From NCBI GenBank assembly GCA_963799845.1, contig CAWCYI010000001.1:32001-96000 (forward strand): a stretch of DNA of 64,000 nucleotides, written 5' to 3'. This document shows positions 18,922 through 30,461 of the stretch, piece after piece. Under the pieces are notes generated by a model, which saw only the letters and a list, made by a program, of their open reading frames with translations, searched no databases and had not been told where the DNA came from. The translations under genes were made by a program, and so were the position numbers. Numbering within the stretch: position 1 is the first letter of the stretch; each line of letters opens with the position of its first letter. Origin of the DNA: an uncultured Nitrososphaerota archaeon. Lineage in GTDB: Archaea; Thermoproteota; Nitrososphaeria; Nitrososphaerales; CADDZS01.

Positions 18922-20378
18922 CCCTTTACGACCGCCATCGGGGTCAGTCTTACAACCTTGGTACCGATTCCGACCCGATCAGAAACGTCAACAACAATGT
19001 CGACGTCCTTGTAAGCTCCAGGGGCCTCTTCGACGACTCCCTTCTTGCTCGCTGATTCAAGAATAATGCCTTTCGACTCGAGATCTTTCCTGACCGAATC
19101 ATAGGGATATGTTCGGGTCGCGGCGCCTCTGGACATCATCCGACCGGCGCCATGCGCAGTAGAACCAAAACTAACCTGCATGGATTTTTCTCTGCCGAGG
19201 AGTACCCAAGAAGCGGTGCCCATCGAACCCGGAATCAGCACGGGCTGGCCAACATTTCTGTACTCCATCGGGATGACGTCGCTTCCCTTCGGAAAGGCCC
19301 GTGTCGCTCCCTTTCGGTGCACGAAGACTTTTGATTTTTTCTTCGGATTGTCCTGATCTATCTCGTGCTCCTCTACCTTGCAAATGTTGTGCGCAACATC
19401 GTAAACAAGATCCATGGCAAGATCAGATTCACTCTTCTGAAAAACTCTCTCGAACGATTTTCTTATTCTGTGAGTAATGATCTGTCTGTTTGTCCAGGCG
19501 TAATTTAGGGCAGAACCCATCGCCAGTCGATAGTTTTCAGCCTCTCTCGAACCTGCCGGAGCGCAGGCAAGCTCCCTGTCGGGCAGGTCGATCTTGAAAT
19601 TTGCCGAGCCCGCGTCGATTATCTTGAGATAGTCGCTGCAGACCTGATGACCCAAGCCCCGGCTTCCCGTATGCAACAAGACACAAACTCTGCCCTCCTC
19701 AGAAATTCCGAATGTTTTTGCAGCGTTTGGATCGATCACCCTGTTCACTCTTTCAATCTCGAGGAAGTGGTTACCAGAGCCGAGCGTCCCCAGCGATTTG
19801 GCGCCGCGTTTCTTCGCCTCTCCCGAAACCCTTGAAGGGTCGGAGTGTTTCATCGTCCCATTTTCTTCGCAGTATTCCAAATCTGACGCTCTACCGTACC
19901 CGTTGTTGATCGCCCACCTCACTCCATCAGAAAGTACGGAATCAAGCTGCTGGTTTGAGAGGTTGAGCGCCCCGACATTCCCCAGCCCGGATGGGACCGA
20001 ACGGTACATTTCCTTGACAAGTTCGCGAAGCCTTGGCCGTACTTCATCCTCAGTCAGATTTGTTCGAATCAGTCGGACACCGCAATTGATGTCGTAACCC
20101 ACCCCTCCCGGGGAAATCACACCGGTCTCAAAATTTGTTGCTGCCACGCCACCTATCGGAAATCCATAGCCCTCATGACCATCCGGAAGAACTATCGCAT
20201 GTTTTTCGATTCCTGGTAGATGCGCGACGTTTACGGCTTGGTCGATAGTCCTGTCAGTCTCCATCTTAGCGATGAGTGTTTCATTGGCATAAATTGTAAC
20301 GGGAACCCGCATGCCGGGCCTAGCTGTTTTCTCGATTCGGTACTCGACGTCGCCGACTTTCTGCATTCCAAATTTCAT
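18918..20378 (-). CDS. rtcB: tRNA-splicing ligase RtcB
   Basis: PDGHEGYGFPIGG, GYDINCG, GSGNHFLE, HRKGAT, HGAGR, EEAP; ATG at 20378. Confidence 0.97.
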   Translation of the reverse strand: MKFGMQKVGDVEYRIEKTARPGMRVPVTIYANETLIAKMETDRTIDQAVNVAHLPGIEKHAIVLPDGHEGYGFPIGGVAATNFETGVISPGGVGYDINCGVRLIRTNLTEDEVRPRLRELVKEMYRSVPSGLGNVGALNLSNQQLDSVLSDGVRWAINNGYGRASDLEYCEENGTMKHSDPSRVSGEAKKRGAKSLGTLGSGNHFLEIERVNRVIDPNAAKTFGISEEGRVCVLLHTGSRGLGHQVCSDYLKIIDAGSANFKIDLPDRELACAPAGSREAENYRLAMGSALNYAWTNRQIITHRIRKSFERVFQKSESDLAMDLVYDVAHNICKVEEHEIDQDNPKKKSKVFVHRKGATRAFPKGSDVIPMEYRNVGQPVLIPGSMGTASWVLLGREKSMQVSFGSTAHGAGRMMSRGAATRTYPYDSVRKDLESKGIILESASKKGVVEEAPGAYKDVDIVVDVSDRVGIGTKVVRLTPMAVVKG

Positions 20379-20459
20379 TTTAGCTAGCCACAGCAGTTTT
20401 GAATAGAGAGCACACACCCCGGGTTCAGCTGAAAAGTCTTTCTTAGGGCTAATTCGATT

Positions 20460-22637
20460 TTATGGCAGTTGCTTCTTGATCTGGGCTGCCACCGCGAGCC
20501 CTATTTTCGGCACGGAAGCTAATTTCTCCAGCGGCGTCTGCGATAGCTTATCCATCGTGGAATATCCCGCTCCGAATAGAGATCTTGCGCGGACTCGACC
20601 CACTCCATCGAGTCTTGTGAGTGGAATGAGCTCCGATCTGATCCCGTACTTCACCCTTTCCTGCAGTTCGCTTGCTTCCAGCGCAAGGTCCTTTCTCATG
20701 AAAAGTCGCGCAAGCTCGGAAAATGAATAAAGCAACCAATCTGCGTTATCTACCATCCTGTGCAGATCGCCCGGCTCTATAGAATACTTTTCGAGAATTG
20801 TCTGCTCAGGGTTTTCACTTATCCAGGAAATTAGGGCAAGCACAGTTCGAAAGTCTCCCAGAAGGCTGTCGTACTGCCTGTAGTATTCGAAGCTCTCCGT
20901 ACTTGGAACCGGAATCAAGAACTCGCCCTTTTTATTCTGCATCACTTCGTCCAGTTCTACCTCGTCTTTACCCCTCGTATTGAACTTGGGAGTCATGTCT
21001 GGAGTTTGAACTATAAGATGCAGGATGCCGAGCGTGTGAACGCCGCCCTTTTCTGCAAACTTGATTCCCCTCCTCATGATGATGGCAGATTCCGGATCGA
21101 TGTAGAGCATCGCGACCCGTTTACCAAACTCGGTTGCTCTAAATCGTTTGTTTCTCCTGATCAGCAGCTCTTCCTCTTCGAGATAGACGAGAGCTTTCTT
21201 TACTCGCGACTTGACAGTGATCTCCATGTACTGAGAGCCAAAAAGCGTACTTTCGAAAAAGCTGCTGATTTCTTCTTCGCCCATCCCTTGACTCGAGGCG
21301 ATGAGACCAAGCAAGTGCATCCTCAGAGGACCGTCTGCAGAAAGCTGTGACTTGATCGGTTCGGGCTTGCCCTGAATGTAATTCTCGTAGATTTCCCGCG
21401 CCGTCATCTGGTTTCCAGCCGAGGCAACTATTTCCCCAAATGTATCGTATCGGGGTCTCCCTGCCCTTCCGGCCATTTGCTTGAATTCAAGAACTGTGAT
21501 CGGAGTTTGTCCTCCTTCTTCCGCGTTGTACCTCATCAGACTGCTCAGGACAACTCTTCGTGCAGGCAGGTTGACTCCTGCAGCAAGCGTAGGCGTCGAA
21601 GTCAGGATCTTAATTTCGCGATTCCTATATGCATCTTCAACAATTTTCCGGTGTTTAGTGTCGAGGCCCGCGTGGTGAAATGCGGCCCCTTTTGCGACAA
21701 CTTCCGCAAGTCGTCTCGAAACTTCAGTTTCTTCCCCGCTCGAAAGAATCTTGTGTGCCAGCTCCCTCAGTTTTCCGCTCTCGTCGAATGAAAGAAATTT
21801 TGGGAGAATTTCCCCGGCCTTCTCTGCCATGGAAACAGCTCTCTTCCTTGTTTCGCAGAAAATCAAAGATTGGCCGCCTTCGTTCACCGCGTCGATTGCA
21901 ACGTCGATCGGAGCTCCCCTGTTCGATTGGAGTAGTTTCCGTTCTTCTCCGTCGACAAAGACCAACTTGCCATAATCGTAGATCCCTTCCACGAGCTTCA
22001 CTGGCCTCCAGTTGGTTTCGACCAGCTCTGCCTTCAGCCAGTCTGCAAGGTCTTTGGTGTTGCTCACTGTCGCACTGAGAGCAAGAATTTGTGCGGACGG
22101 AACATAGTTGATAATCTTCGCCAAAATCATTTCGAGTGTCGGACCTCTGTGGGCGTCTCCCACGAGATGCACTTCATCCGCGATGAAAAGCGATACCGAA
22201 TCTATCCAAGAAGCTCCGTGACGGATTACAGAGTCGAACCTTTCGTTGGTGAGGATGATAACGTCCCCCCCTCCGAGAGATTCTCCAGATGAATCAAAAT
22301 CTCCCGTAGAGATGAAAACCCTCAGTTTTGATCGCTGTGTACCGGGCTTCTTGATCTGTTCGAAGATCTCCTTGAATTCTTCGTACTTTTCGGATGCGAG
22401 CGCGCGGAGTGGAGCCAGGTAAACAACTTTACCCCCTCGCTGAATCGCCCTTATTGCAGCCATCATTGCAACAAGTGTTTTGCCGCTCGCTGTCGGGGTG
22501 GCAAGGAGTAGATTCTTTCCCTGAAGCACTCCAGTCTGGATCGCATCATTCTGAGGAGGGTACAGCGACTCGTAACCCTTCTTTACCAGCGCCTCCACGA
22601 ACTCGGGGGGCAATTCGGGAATCTCTCTAATCATCAA
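20460..22637 (-). CDS. hel308: Ski2-like DNA helicase Hel308/Hjm
   Basis: PTASGKT, DEVH, SAT, QMAGRAGRP, C-terminal helix-hairpin-helix. Confidence 0.95.
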   Translation of the reverse strand: MMIREIPELPPEFVEALVKKGYESLYPPQNDAIQTGVLQGKNLLLATPTASGKTLVAMMAAIRAIQRGGKVVYLAPLRALASEKYEEFKEIFEQIKKPGTQRSKLRVFISTGDFDSSGESLGGGDVIILTNERFDSVIRHGASWIDSVSLFIADEVHLVGDAHRGPTLEMILAKIINYVPSAQILALSATVSNTKDLADWLKAELVETNWRPVKLVEGIYDYGKLVFVDGEERKLLQSNRGAPIDVAIDAVNEGGQSLIFCETRKRAVSMAEKAGEILPKFLSFDESGKLRELAHKILSSGEETEVSRRLAEVVAKGAAFHHAGLDTKHRKIVEDAYRNREIKILTSTPTLAAGVNLPARRVVLSSLMRYNAEEGGQTPITVLEFKQMAGRAGRPRYDTFGEIVASAGNQMTAREIYENYIQGKPEPIKSQLSADGPLRMHLLGLIASSQGMGEEEISSFFESTLFGSQYMEITVKSRVKKALVYLEEEELLIRRNKRFRATEFGKRVAMLYIDPESAIIMRRGIKFAEKGGVHTLGILHLIVQTPDMTPKFNTRGKDEVELDEVMQNKKGEFLIPVPSTESFEYYRQYDSLLGDFRTVLALISWISENPEQTILEKYSIEPGDLHRMVDNADWLLYSFSELARLFMRKDLALEASELQERVKYGIRSELIPLTRLDGVGRVRARSLFGAGYSTMDKLSQTPLEKLASVPKIGLAVAAQIKKQLP

Positions 22638-22691
22638 GGAAGAAAATCACCCAAAAAAACAGTGGCCACAAATGAATGGACGAACATCTAT

Positions 22692-24739
22692 CTATGCTTT
22701 CTTGAAGTGGTGCGCCCTTACTTCGTAGATGACTCCTGACTTCCACATGTCCTGGAATACTTTTTCTGCCTGTTCGCGGGTGAACTTGCCTGTCTTCTCG
22801 ATCTCTTCGTAGAACGCTTTGTCCTCCACGGGCTGTTTTGATTCCCCGGACAACCTCTTGAAAATTTCAAGGGCCGCTTCCCTCAATCCCTTTTCGCTGA
22901 TCGGCTTGTTGTACAGAACGCCGACATCAACCTTTTTCGTTGACTGGTCGATAGCGACAGTCTTCAACATCCTGTCGACTAAATTGATCGCATGCAGCGC
23001 ATCGTCTTCAGTCACCCTCGGGTGGAGGAGGACCCTAGCTCGGGCAATCGACAGGCGAATCATACCCTCGAGCCATCTAGGCGTGACGGATATCTGGTCT
23101 GGTGAAGCTTCCCGCCTCAGCTTTATGTAATAATTCGAAAGCCTGTTTCTCGCTTCTTCGGTAAGTTCGGGATCCAATTTCTTAGCATAGATTATGTACT
23201 TCTTCAAAAGATCAAACTCTACCGGCGGGGGTACAGGAAAAACCGACTTTGCCCTCATGTCCAAGATGTGCCTTGCAACTGTTTCATCATACGCTTGGTC
23301 GGCTTCATCTCGAATGATGAAGATTAAATCAAACCTCGTCAAGAGTGGTATAGGCAGCTGAACATTTTCGAGAATATTCTTGTATGGATCGTATTTTCCG
23401 TCAAGGGGATTTGCGGCTGCGAATATGCTGGTCCTCGCGTTTAGAGTCGCGATAATTCCACCCTTCGCAACGCTCACAGTCTGCTGCTCCATGACCTCGT
23501 GAAGCGCGGAGCGATCTTCATCTCGCATTTTATCAAATTCGTCAATGCATGCGACCCCGAGATCAGCCAGGACGGTTGCTCCGGCCTCGAGCATCATCAT
23601 CCCGTTCTTTTCCTTGACGACAGCAGCCGTGAGACCAGCCGCCGTGGAGCCCCTCCCGCTGGTAAACAGACCCCTGGGCGCGACCCTCGCAACGTATTTC
23701 AGAAGTTCACTCTTTGCCGTTCCAGGATCCCCGACCATGAGGATGTTGATATCGCCCCTGAGGGTCGTACCGTCCGGCAACGACTTTTGGGGCGATCCCA
23801 CCATCAAAAGCAACGCAGCTTCTTTGTGCAGTTCGTGGCCGAATATTGATGGAGCTATTGAAGCGACAAGACGATCGTAGGCGCCAGGTAGCGCTGCCAT
23901 GCTCTTTATCGCTTCTTCTTCTTCCCTAGAGACCTGCTGCTCCTCAGGTCTTCTGCTCATTTGTTCTACGTAATTTGCCTCAATTCTTGAATTGAACAGT
24001 TTTCGATAAGAACCACCGATGTTTTCGGATTCAGCCTTTACTATGCCGGTGAGAAAAATTCTGTCGCCGGGCCGGGCGGTGTTGGCTACGTCACTGTTCA
24101 AGTTGACGTCAAATGATTGAGGGAGCTGACCTGGTGGAGCTCTTCTGGCATCTCCTGAATTTTTATGACCTGATAATCGACGAATTCGGTCTTCAGATCG
24201 TCGAGCTCAAAGTACTTTGTTTCCCCACAGCCTTCCGTTTCACACTTGATGGGCCTTTTTAGTGTCAGTCCGGCTCCTGATTGTTCGATAAAAGTTATGT
24301 GCTGATTTGAACATCGAAATGCAGCATTGACCGCAAGCGGTCTGAGTTCCGAAGTTCTGGTAACCATTCCAGCGACGAGGATGAGCGTGTTCAGCGAATC
24401 CTTGGTAACTCCTCTAAGTGAGATCCGGTCAGAGAGTCCTCTAATCCTCACGCGCAACTCTTTTCTTATTTTATCCGCGTAAACAGGATTCTCTACATTC
24501 AGAGTTTCGACCGCGGCGTCATCAAACGATCTTAGAAAAAGGTCGGGTTCTTTTACAAGACTCGTCGCGAGATCTGTATCATATCGTTCGATATCTGGAT
24601 AATCGACGATTACAGATCTTGATGCTTTGAGGGGGATTTGCGAGATCTGAATACGGTACTTCAGTTCGTCCTGCTCGTCTTTGCTGCTCTTAAGAAAGTC
24701 TACAAAGACATCCTTTACCCGGGCTTCACTGTACTCCAC
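22692..24739 (-). CDS. mcm: Replicative helicase MCM, with a one-base frameshift near 24136
   Basis: The N-terminal zinc-finger part (24098..24739) and AAA+ part (GDPGTAKS, IDEFDKM, TRFD) join into the conserved EELPPGQLP when one C is restored. Confidence 0.95.
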
Positions 24740-24746
24740 GTTCTGA

Positions 24747-25313
24747 CTACTTTCCTTCCATAATCATCGAACGCCATGATTGAAGCAGACTATAAACAGA
24801 GTCAAATATCTGATATTCTTCGGGAGTCAATTTTTCCTTGATATCAATCGGTGGTGAAAGAGAGGCGGCAATGCTCAAAATCTTGCGCAGCCGAAGAGCA
24901 ATTAGATCGTAAATCAAGGTACGAGTCTTCTCGAGCTCCGGTATTGAATTAGGCCGAAGGCTGGCAGACCCAGATGCGTAATTCAGGTGTCGCCTGATTT
25001 TTAGGTAAAAGTCCGGTCTCAATGTCGAAAGCTGATCGCTACCGGCGATTTTTTCCCGGGTAACTGCCTTGAACACCTCTGAGGAAAAGCTTTCCTCTTG
25101 ACTTTCGCAAATGTTCATGTCAACTAGGACCTCCGCAACCCATCTGGGTAAATCGAGCGAGTCCCCTTCGTTCATAGGATCAAGATGGATGCTTCCAATA
25201 TCAATCCGAGAAAATTTCTGTTTCACGCGCAGCCGAGTCCCAGATAGGAGATAGGCAAACTCCCTATCTCGAATTGATTGAATAACGGGCTGGTCGGACA
25301 TCGACGGGGCCAA
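24747..25313 (-). CDS. GINS complex subunit (Gins23-like)
   Basis: DLPRWVAEVL B-domain, L..DFY, RLRKI, LTPEE; directly upstream of mcm. Confidence 0.85.
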   Translation of the reverse strand: MAPSMSDQPVIQSIRDREFAYLLSGTRLRVKQKFSRIDIGSIHLDPMNEGDSLDLPRWVAEVLVDMNICESQEESFSSEVFKAVTREKIAGSDQLSTLRPDFYLKIRRHLNYASGSASLRPNSIPELEKTRTLIYDLIALRLRKILSIAASLSPPIDIKEKLTPEEYQIFDSVYSLLQSWRSMIMEGK

Positions 25314-25488
25314 CCATTACTAACTCGGGACTGATATGAGTTTGGGAAAACCAGCCCCGGGATATCGACATTCTCATCTCGACTTGACGCCTTAGACCCG
25401 CAGAGAGGAAGAGATCACATAATTTCGAAAGTCACCACAAAACCTTATCGGCTTTCCGTAGCATCCCGTTCGTGTAATTAATTTTCAG

Positions 25489-26511
25489 GTGAGTTTAGAA
25501 TTGGCACTGGGCGGAAATTTTGACAAAGATGAGGAAGCGCGAGATCGTTCAGATCAGCTGATGTGGGTGGAGAAATACCGACCGCAGAAACTGTCCGAAG
25601 TGGTCAATCAGAAGGAAATTGTCGAAAGACTGGAGGCTCTCGTCAGGAAACCTCAGGAAATGCCCCATCTGCTTCTCGCTGGTCCACCAGGTTCTGGAAA
25701 GACGACGGTTGCACTTTGTGTTGCACGGGAAATCATGGGAGACAATTGGCGGGACTATACCCTTGAATTGAACGCGTCCAATGAAAGAGGAATCGACACG
25801 GTTCGCCAAAGGATCAAGAACTTTGCAAGTTATGTAGACAGAGCCGAGGGTATTCCGTTTAGGATAATACTCCTTGATGAATCGGACAACATGACAAATG
25901 ACGCCCAAACGGCTCTAAGAAGGATAATGGAAGAGAGTCATAGGACCACACGATTCGTCCTCACCGCCAATTACAGTTCGAATATTATCGAACCAATACA
26001 GAGCCGCTGCGCCGTATTCCGTTTTTCTCGTCTCTCTCAGGCGGATGTCGTCCAATACCTTGATTATGTCTGCAAGAGAGAGGGATTGAAAGTCGTCAAG
26101 AGTGCTCTAATTTCAATATACGAAACGACGGAGGGAGACATGAGGTACGCACTGAATATGCTCCAAGCTGCATCGTCCTTGGGCGAAATCAGCAACGAAA
26201 ATATCAAGAAAGTAACCGGCCTCTCGGGAAAGGCGAAGGTTGGTGAAGTTATCGAGACCGCCCTTGAAGGAGATTTCTCGAGCGCACGCATGAAGATGGT
26301 TGAGTTGCTCCAAGTCAACGGGATATCAGAGCACGATTTCATCAAGTTTGCCAACGAGTATGTGACAAGGTCAAAATTCGCTTCTTCATTCGAGGCTCTG
26401 GAAGCAACTGCAGAAGCCGATTACAGACTACTTCTGGGCGCAAACCCGGACATCCAGCTTAGTGCTTACCTGGCCAAGCTGGCAAAGATCGGTAAGCAGT
26501 CCAAGCAGTGA
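25489..26511 (+). CDS. rfcS: Replication factor C small subunit
   Basis: WVEKYRP, GPPGSGKT, ELNASNERG, DESD, SRC. Confidence 0.96.
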   Translation: MSLELALGGNFDKDEEARDRSDQLMWVEKYRPQKLSEVVNQKEIVERLEALVRKPQEMPHLLLAGPPGSGKTTVALCVAREIMGDNWRDYTLELNASNERGIDTVRQRIKNFASYVDRAEGIPFRIILLDESDNMTNDAQTALRRIMEESHRTTRFVLTANYSSNIIEPIQSRCAVFRFSRLSQADVVQYLDYVCKREGLKVVKSALISIYETTEGDMRYALNMLQAASSLGEISNENIKKVTGLSGKAKVGEVIETALEGDFSSARMKMVELLQVNGISEHDFIKFANEYVTRSKFASSFEALEATAEADYRLLLGANPDIQLSAYLAKLAKIGKQSKQ

Positions 26512-26526
26512 TTTGGGGAAAAATAA

Positions 26527-27793
26527 ATGGAATTCTCTCTCCCCAGAGGTCTCAGGGACATCAGTCCGGAGGAAGCAGATTCATTCGAAATAATTAGAGC
26601 AGCGTTTGTGGAAACCTGTCGAATATTTGATTACAAATTGATGGAGCCCTCCAGTCTGGAATTGCTAGAGACTTTAGAAGCCAAGAGCGGGCCGGCAATC
26701 AGAGACGAGATCTATTTTTTCAAAGACAAGAGCGATCGAGAGCTGGGGCTGAGATTTGATCTGACTGTGGGAATCACACGGTTTGTTGCCTCGAAGAGAG
26801 AGCTTAGTCCTCCGGTTAGGATCGGCTCATTTGCCTCGGTATGGAGGTACGACGAGCCGCAATATGGAAAATACAGATGGTTTTACCAGTGGGACGCAGA
26901 AATTTTCGGCCCTTCAAATGCCGAGGCGGACGCCGAAGTGATCGAATTTTCATCAGTCCTATTCAGAAAGCTCGGAACCAATCCCAGAATATCAATCGGG
27001 TCAAGGAAAATACTCGAGTCTTTCATCAGGAATTCCCTAGGGATTGATAGGGAAGAAAGTATCCTCGACGCGATGAGGGCTGTCGACAAACTCGCGAAAA
27101 AGTCTTTTGATCAGATACGTAGATGAATACTCGAAGAGTTTTTCCAAAGATCAATTTCAAAAGCTGGTTGACTTTGTGAAGCTCGCGGGTGAAGCGTCAA
27201 ACGTCTCCGAAGCGCTCCGCGATTTTCACATCGATGCTTCGTCTCTTCTCGTGATAACCGATTCCCTGGCAAGCCGAAGGATAAGAGACGTTGAGTTGAA
27301 TTTGAGCATCGTTAGGGGAATCGATTACTACACGGACATGGTGTTTGAGGCTTTTGATCGTGACAATCCTAGGTTGGGGGCACTCTGCGGTGGTGGGAGG
27401 TACGATTCGTTACCTTCAGTTTACGGCCGGTCCGATCTTGCGGCGACCGGCGTTGCTGGTGGCGTGGAAAGAGCTATGCTTGCGTACAAATTGAAAAGAT
27501 CTCCTCTCGATAGAGTATTTGTCGCTTCAATTGGTACAGATCCCAAACTTCGCGCTGCAGCTACCGCGATCGCAGCCGAATTGAGATCGAACGGACTTTC
27601 AGCCCAATCTGATATCTCTGGCCGCAGCCTCAGAAAGATACTCGAGGCCCAGTCCGCGAGCGGAGCGAAAGCAGTTGTTATCTTGGGAGAAAAAGAACTC
27701 GCTACAAACTCTGTCAAAGTAAAGTGGATGTCTACCGGGGAAGAGATTACAGTAAACATTCAGGATCTCAGTAAAACGCTGGCCGAAAAATAA
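26527..27793 (+). CDS. hisS: Histidine--tRNA ligase, with a one-base frameshift near 27117
   Basis: PRGLRD, LRFDLT, RYDEPQ in the first ORF; VRGIDYY, GGGRYD, GVER and the anticodon domain in the second. Confidence 0.95.
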
Positions 27794-27845
27794 GGGCCCG
27801 CCTTTTTGAGGCAAAAGCACTCGAACTCCTCAGATAGGAAAATCG

Positions 27846-28283
27846 CTACTTTGGAGTGATTTTTATCGCAAGTGTGGGACAGACCGTTTCGCAAGCCATG
27901 CAGTAGATGCAATCGGCTTCCCTGATCGGATCAATCTTGTCGGTCCTGAACTGTTGCCATTGTTCTGAACCTTGTTCGATCTTGACATCATTACCTGAAC
28001 CGCCCTGGCCATCTCCTCTGAGGAACCATCCAAAGACGTTGACCGGGCATACATCTGAACACTGTCCATCTGCGATGCATGCCTCCCAGTCCACTGCAAC
28101 CCAGGTTCCATGGATTCCGAAAGACGTTGGATAGGGATTACCATTCGCGTCCATTCTCTGAATTCCTTCTGCCCTTACATCGTGTCCCTCGTGAGTACCG
28201 GTGATAGGATACTCTGAAGTCTTTGACATAAAGTCCCCGTCAATAGGCTTCGGTTTGAAGTCGAGTGCAGAAAGTTCAACCAT
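27846..28283 (-). CDS. zfx: Zinc-containing dicluster (7Fe) ferredoxin
   Basis: N-terminal extension with GTHEGH...GIHG His ligands; CIADGQC..VCP and CIYCMAC..VCP cluster motifs. Confidence 0.9.
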   Translation of the reverse strand: MVELSALDFKPKPIDGDFMSKTSEYPITGTHEGHDVRAEGIQRMDANGNPYPTSFGIHGTWVAVDWEACIADGQCSDVCPVNVFGWFLRGDGQGGSGNDVKIEQGSEQWQQFRTDKIDPIREADCIYCMACETVCPTLAIKITPK

Positions 28284-28483
28284 TTCTAGGCTACACTATT
28301 CAGACCCTCTCTTGAATTGCAATATATAATGTTGACCGTGTCGTATTGGGTCTCGTGACCAGATTTCTTCTTTGATTGTAATCCGTCCAGAAAAAATGAG
28401 AAATTTTCGTGAATGATTACTCAGTTACTGACATGCTGAACTGCAGGCGTAGAATTAGTTGTCTGGGCGATGGACAACTTGGA

Positions 28484-29509
28484 TTACTTTAGTTCAAAAA
28501 TTATTGCTGTCAATTCAGTCACGATCGAAGACTTGCCGGGAATTCTCAGATTTGCTTCCATGTCGCGCTGTTTTGCAATATTGTTCGGCGGACTCGTCGC
28601 GGGTTCGATCGCGATGTTCCAGGCCGCTCCGTAATAGGGATAATCGGGAAGGTTGTAGTTTTGCCAGAACCACACCCACGGAAATACAGATGCGTCCCAT
28701 TCCAGCCTGAAGCTCAAGTTTAATTTAGGATTCGTCAGTGTGTACCACCCCTCTTTGACACTGATAAATGCGGTTTCTTCAGCCACCAACTCTCGCGATG
28801 GAATCTCGCTAAGGTCAATTTCATTCCCTTTGCGCGATTTAGCAATCGGCCATTGAAATTTGCCGCCCGCTATCCTACCGTTTGGATTTATCTCCTCAAT
28901 GTTATCAATTGAACTGCTCGGGGGCAGATCGATCTTGTTTCCAGCGTGCAAGAACGGTTCGCCAAATGAAGGATGCTGAAGCCAGAAAAATTCGAGCGTT
29001 TGCGGGCTCTTGTTTGATAACTTTTCACTGATGTCTAGTTTCGCTTCATCCTTGTTGATTTTTACGGTCTTCTCCAGTTTGAATGGATACCTTATTCCTT
29101 CAACGCTCAAGTTTGCAGAAACTGTGTCACCCTCTTCCTGCTCGATGGTGCAGTTCCATTGCAATACGGGCGACTCACCGTGGGTACCATACTTTGCTCC
29201 TCGATGTTCTTGCGGCCCATTTCCGATGACGGGAAGCGCATCCTGCCATCCACCGCCATAAAGATCGTTGAAGCTTGATTCTGAAGTTGCAATGGGCTGT
29301 ACATACTCCTTAGGATTTACGTATCCCGGCGGAGAGTGCCACATCAAATCTAGATCTAACGGTTTGTATTTTAGTTCGATCACATCCGCCCCCTTGTCTA
29401 GAAGGTAAACGATCCTGATGAGCCGGTTTTCGAGAATGAGTGTCCGCATTCCTTTGTAATGCCAGTCAAGACTAGCGTGCGCTTGGCTCATCAGAAATTT
29501 TTCTTCCAT
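28484..29509 (-). CDS. Aldose 1-epimerase (galactose mutarotase)-like protein, DUF4432 type
   Basis: GGWQD, THGE, W.QHP.FGEPFL, IEP; beta-rich composition. Confidence 0.8.
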   Translation of the reverse strand: MEEKFLMSQAHASLDWHYKGMRTLILENRLIRIVYLLDKGADVIELKYKPLDLDLMWHSPPGYVNPKEYVQPIATSESSFNDLYGGGWQDALPVIGNGPQEHRGAKYGTHGESPVLQWNCTIEQEEGDTVSANLSVEGIRYPFKLEKTVKINKDEAKLDISEKLSNKSPQTLEFFWLQHPSFGEPFLHAGNKIDLPPSSSIDNIEEINPNGRIAGGKFQWPIAKSRKGNEIDLSEIPSRELVAEETAFISVKEGWYTLTNPKLNLSFRLEWDASVFPWVWFWQNYNLPDYPYYGAAWNIAIEPATSPPNNIAKQRDMEANLRIPGKSSIVTELTAIIFELK

Positions 29510-29603
29510 AATCCAGAATTTAACTGTAACACGAAAACGAATTTGATTTGCTTGAGAAATTGATAAAGAAGTATATCTTTTCCCGGTGAATTAGTGGGCA
29601 AAG

Positions 29604-30383
29604 TTGTCATCGTTCGAATCTGAATTACTGGGACTTGCAGGAAAGTCTGCAATCGTAACTGGAGCCGCCGGTGGAATCGGAGGGGCTGAAACAAGGCTTT
29701 TTTCGAAATTGGGGGTAAATGTCGTTGCGGTAGATCTTGAATTCAAAGAGGCTTTTGATTCGCAGACACCCGGGAAGGTTGTAGCCCTAAGAGCCGATGT
29801 CTCAGATTACAGCGCGGCGGAGAAAGCAGTCAAAAACTGCGTGGATGAATTTGGTGCTCTGGACATTCTAGTAAACAATGCCGCGGTGAATAAGGGTGGC
29901 ACAATCTTGGACTACAAGCCTGAGGAGTGGGAGAGGACACTTGCCGTAAATATCAGCGGTTGTCGGAATTTCGCTCGGGCTGCTGCTCTAGAAATGAAAA
30001 AGAAAATGTCTGGGAGAATCATCAACACCTCGTCTGTAGACGGAATCATGGCGGAACCTGGAATACTCGCATATTCGGCATCAAAAGGGGCGATAATCAT
30101 AATGACAAAATGCATGGCCTTGGAACTCGCCCCATTCGGAATTACCGTTAACTCGATAGCTCCAGGTTGGTGCGACACAGTGTTTGGAACCGGTATGCTA
30201 GATGCCGATTCTCGAAGACTTGTGAAAAAGAGGATCCCGCTAGGTCACATTGCTCGCACTGAAGAAATCGCGAGGGGAACGGTGTTTCTTGCCTCTGACC
30301 TGTCGATGTATATGACTGGTCACATACTGGTCGTCGATGGCGGATTGACTTCAGACATTAGCATTCCTGACCTGAAGTATTGA
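29604..30383 (+). CDS. SDR family oxidoreductase
   Basis: TGAAGGIG, NNAA, YSASK, VDGG. Confidence 0.93.
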   Translation: MSSFESELLGLAGKSAIVTGAAGGIGGAETRLFSKLGVNVVAVDLEFKEAFDSQTPGKVVALRADVSDYSAAEKAVKNCVDEFGALDILVNNAAVNKGGTILDYKPEEWERTLAVNISGCRNFARAAALEMKKKMSGRIINTSSVDGIMAEPGILAYSASKGAIIIMTKCMALELAPFGITVNSIAPGWCDTVFGTGMLDADSRRLVKKRIPLGHIARTEEIARGTVFLASDLSMYMTGHILVVDGGLTSDISIPDLKY

Positions 30384-30461
30384 AAAGAACCGATCAGTCG
30401 AATAACGAGCGAAATCAATCATCACGAAGAGTAATTCAAAAAATGTTTATTACACGTCGGA

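Noticed and set aside
24098-24140. Split MCM, intein or programmed frameshift
   Set aside because: Adding one C restores the conserved EELPPGQLP; there is no intein or slippery heptamer, so an indel error is most likely.
25314-25488. Replication origin between gins-mcm and rfcS
   Set aside because: No ORB repeats or cdc6 are visible; it reads as an ordinary divergent promoter.
27100-27126. Split or recoded hisS
   Set aside because: Removing one base gives a normal-length HisRS. An AAAAAG/TTTT stretch lies nearby, but the other indels in the window make an error the simpler explanation.
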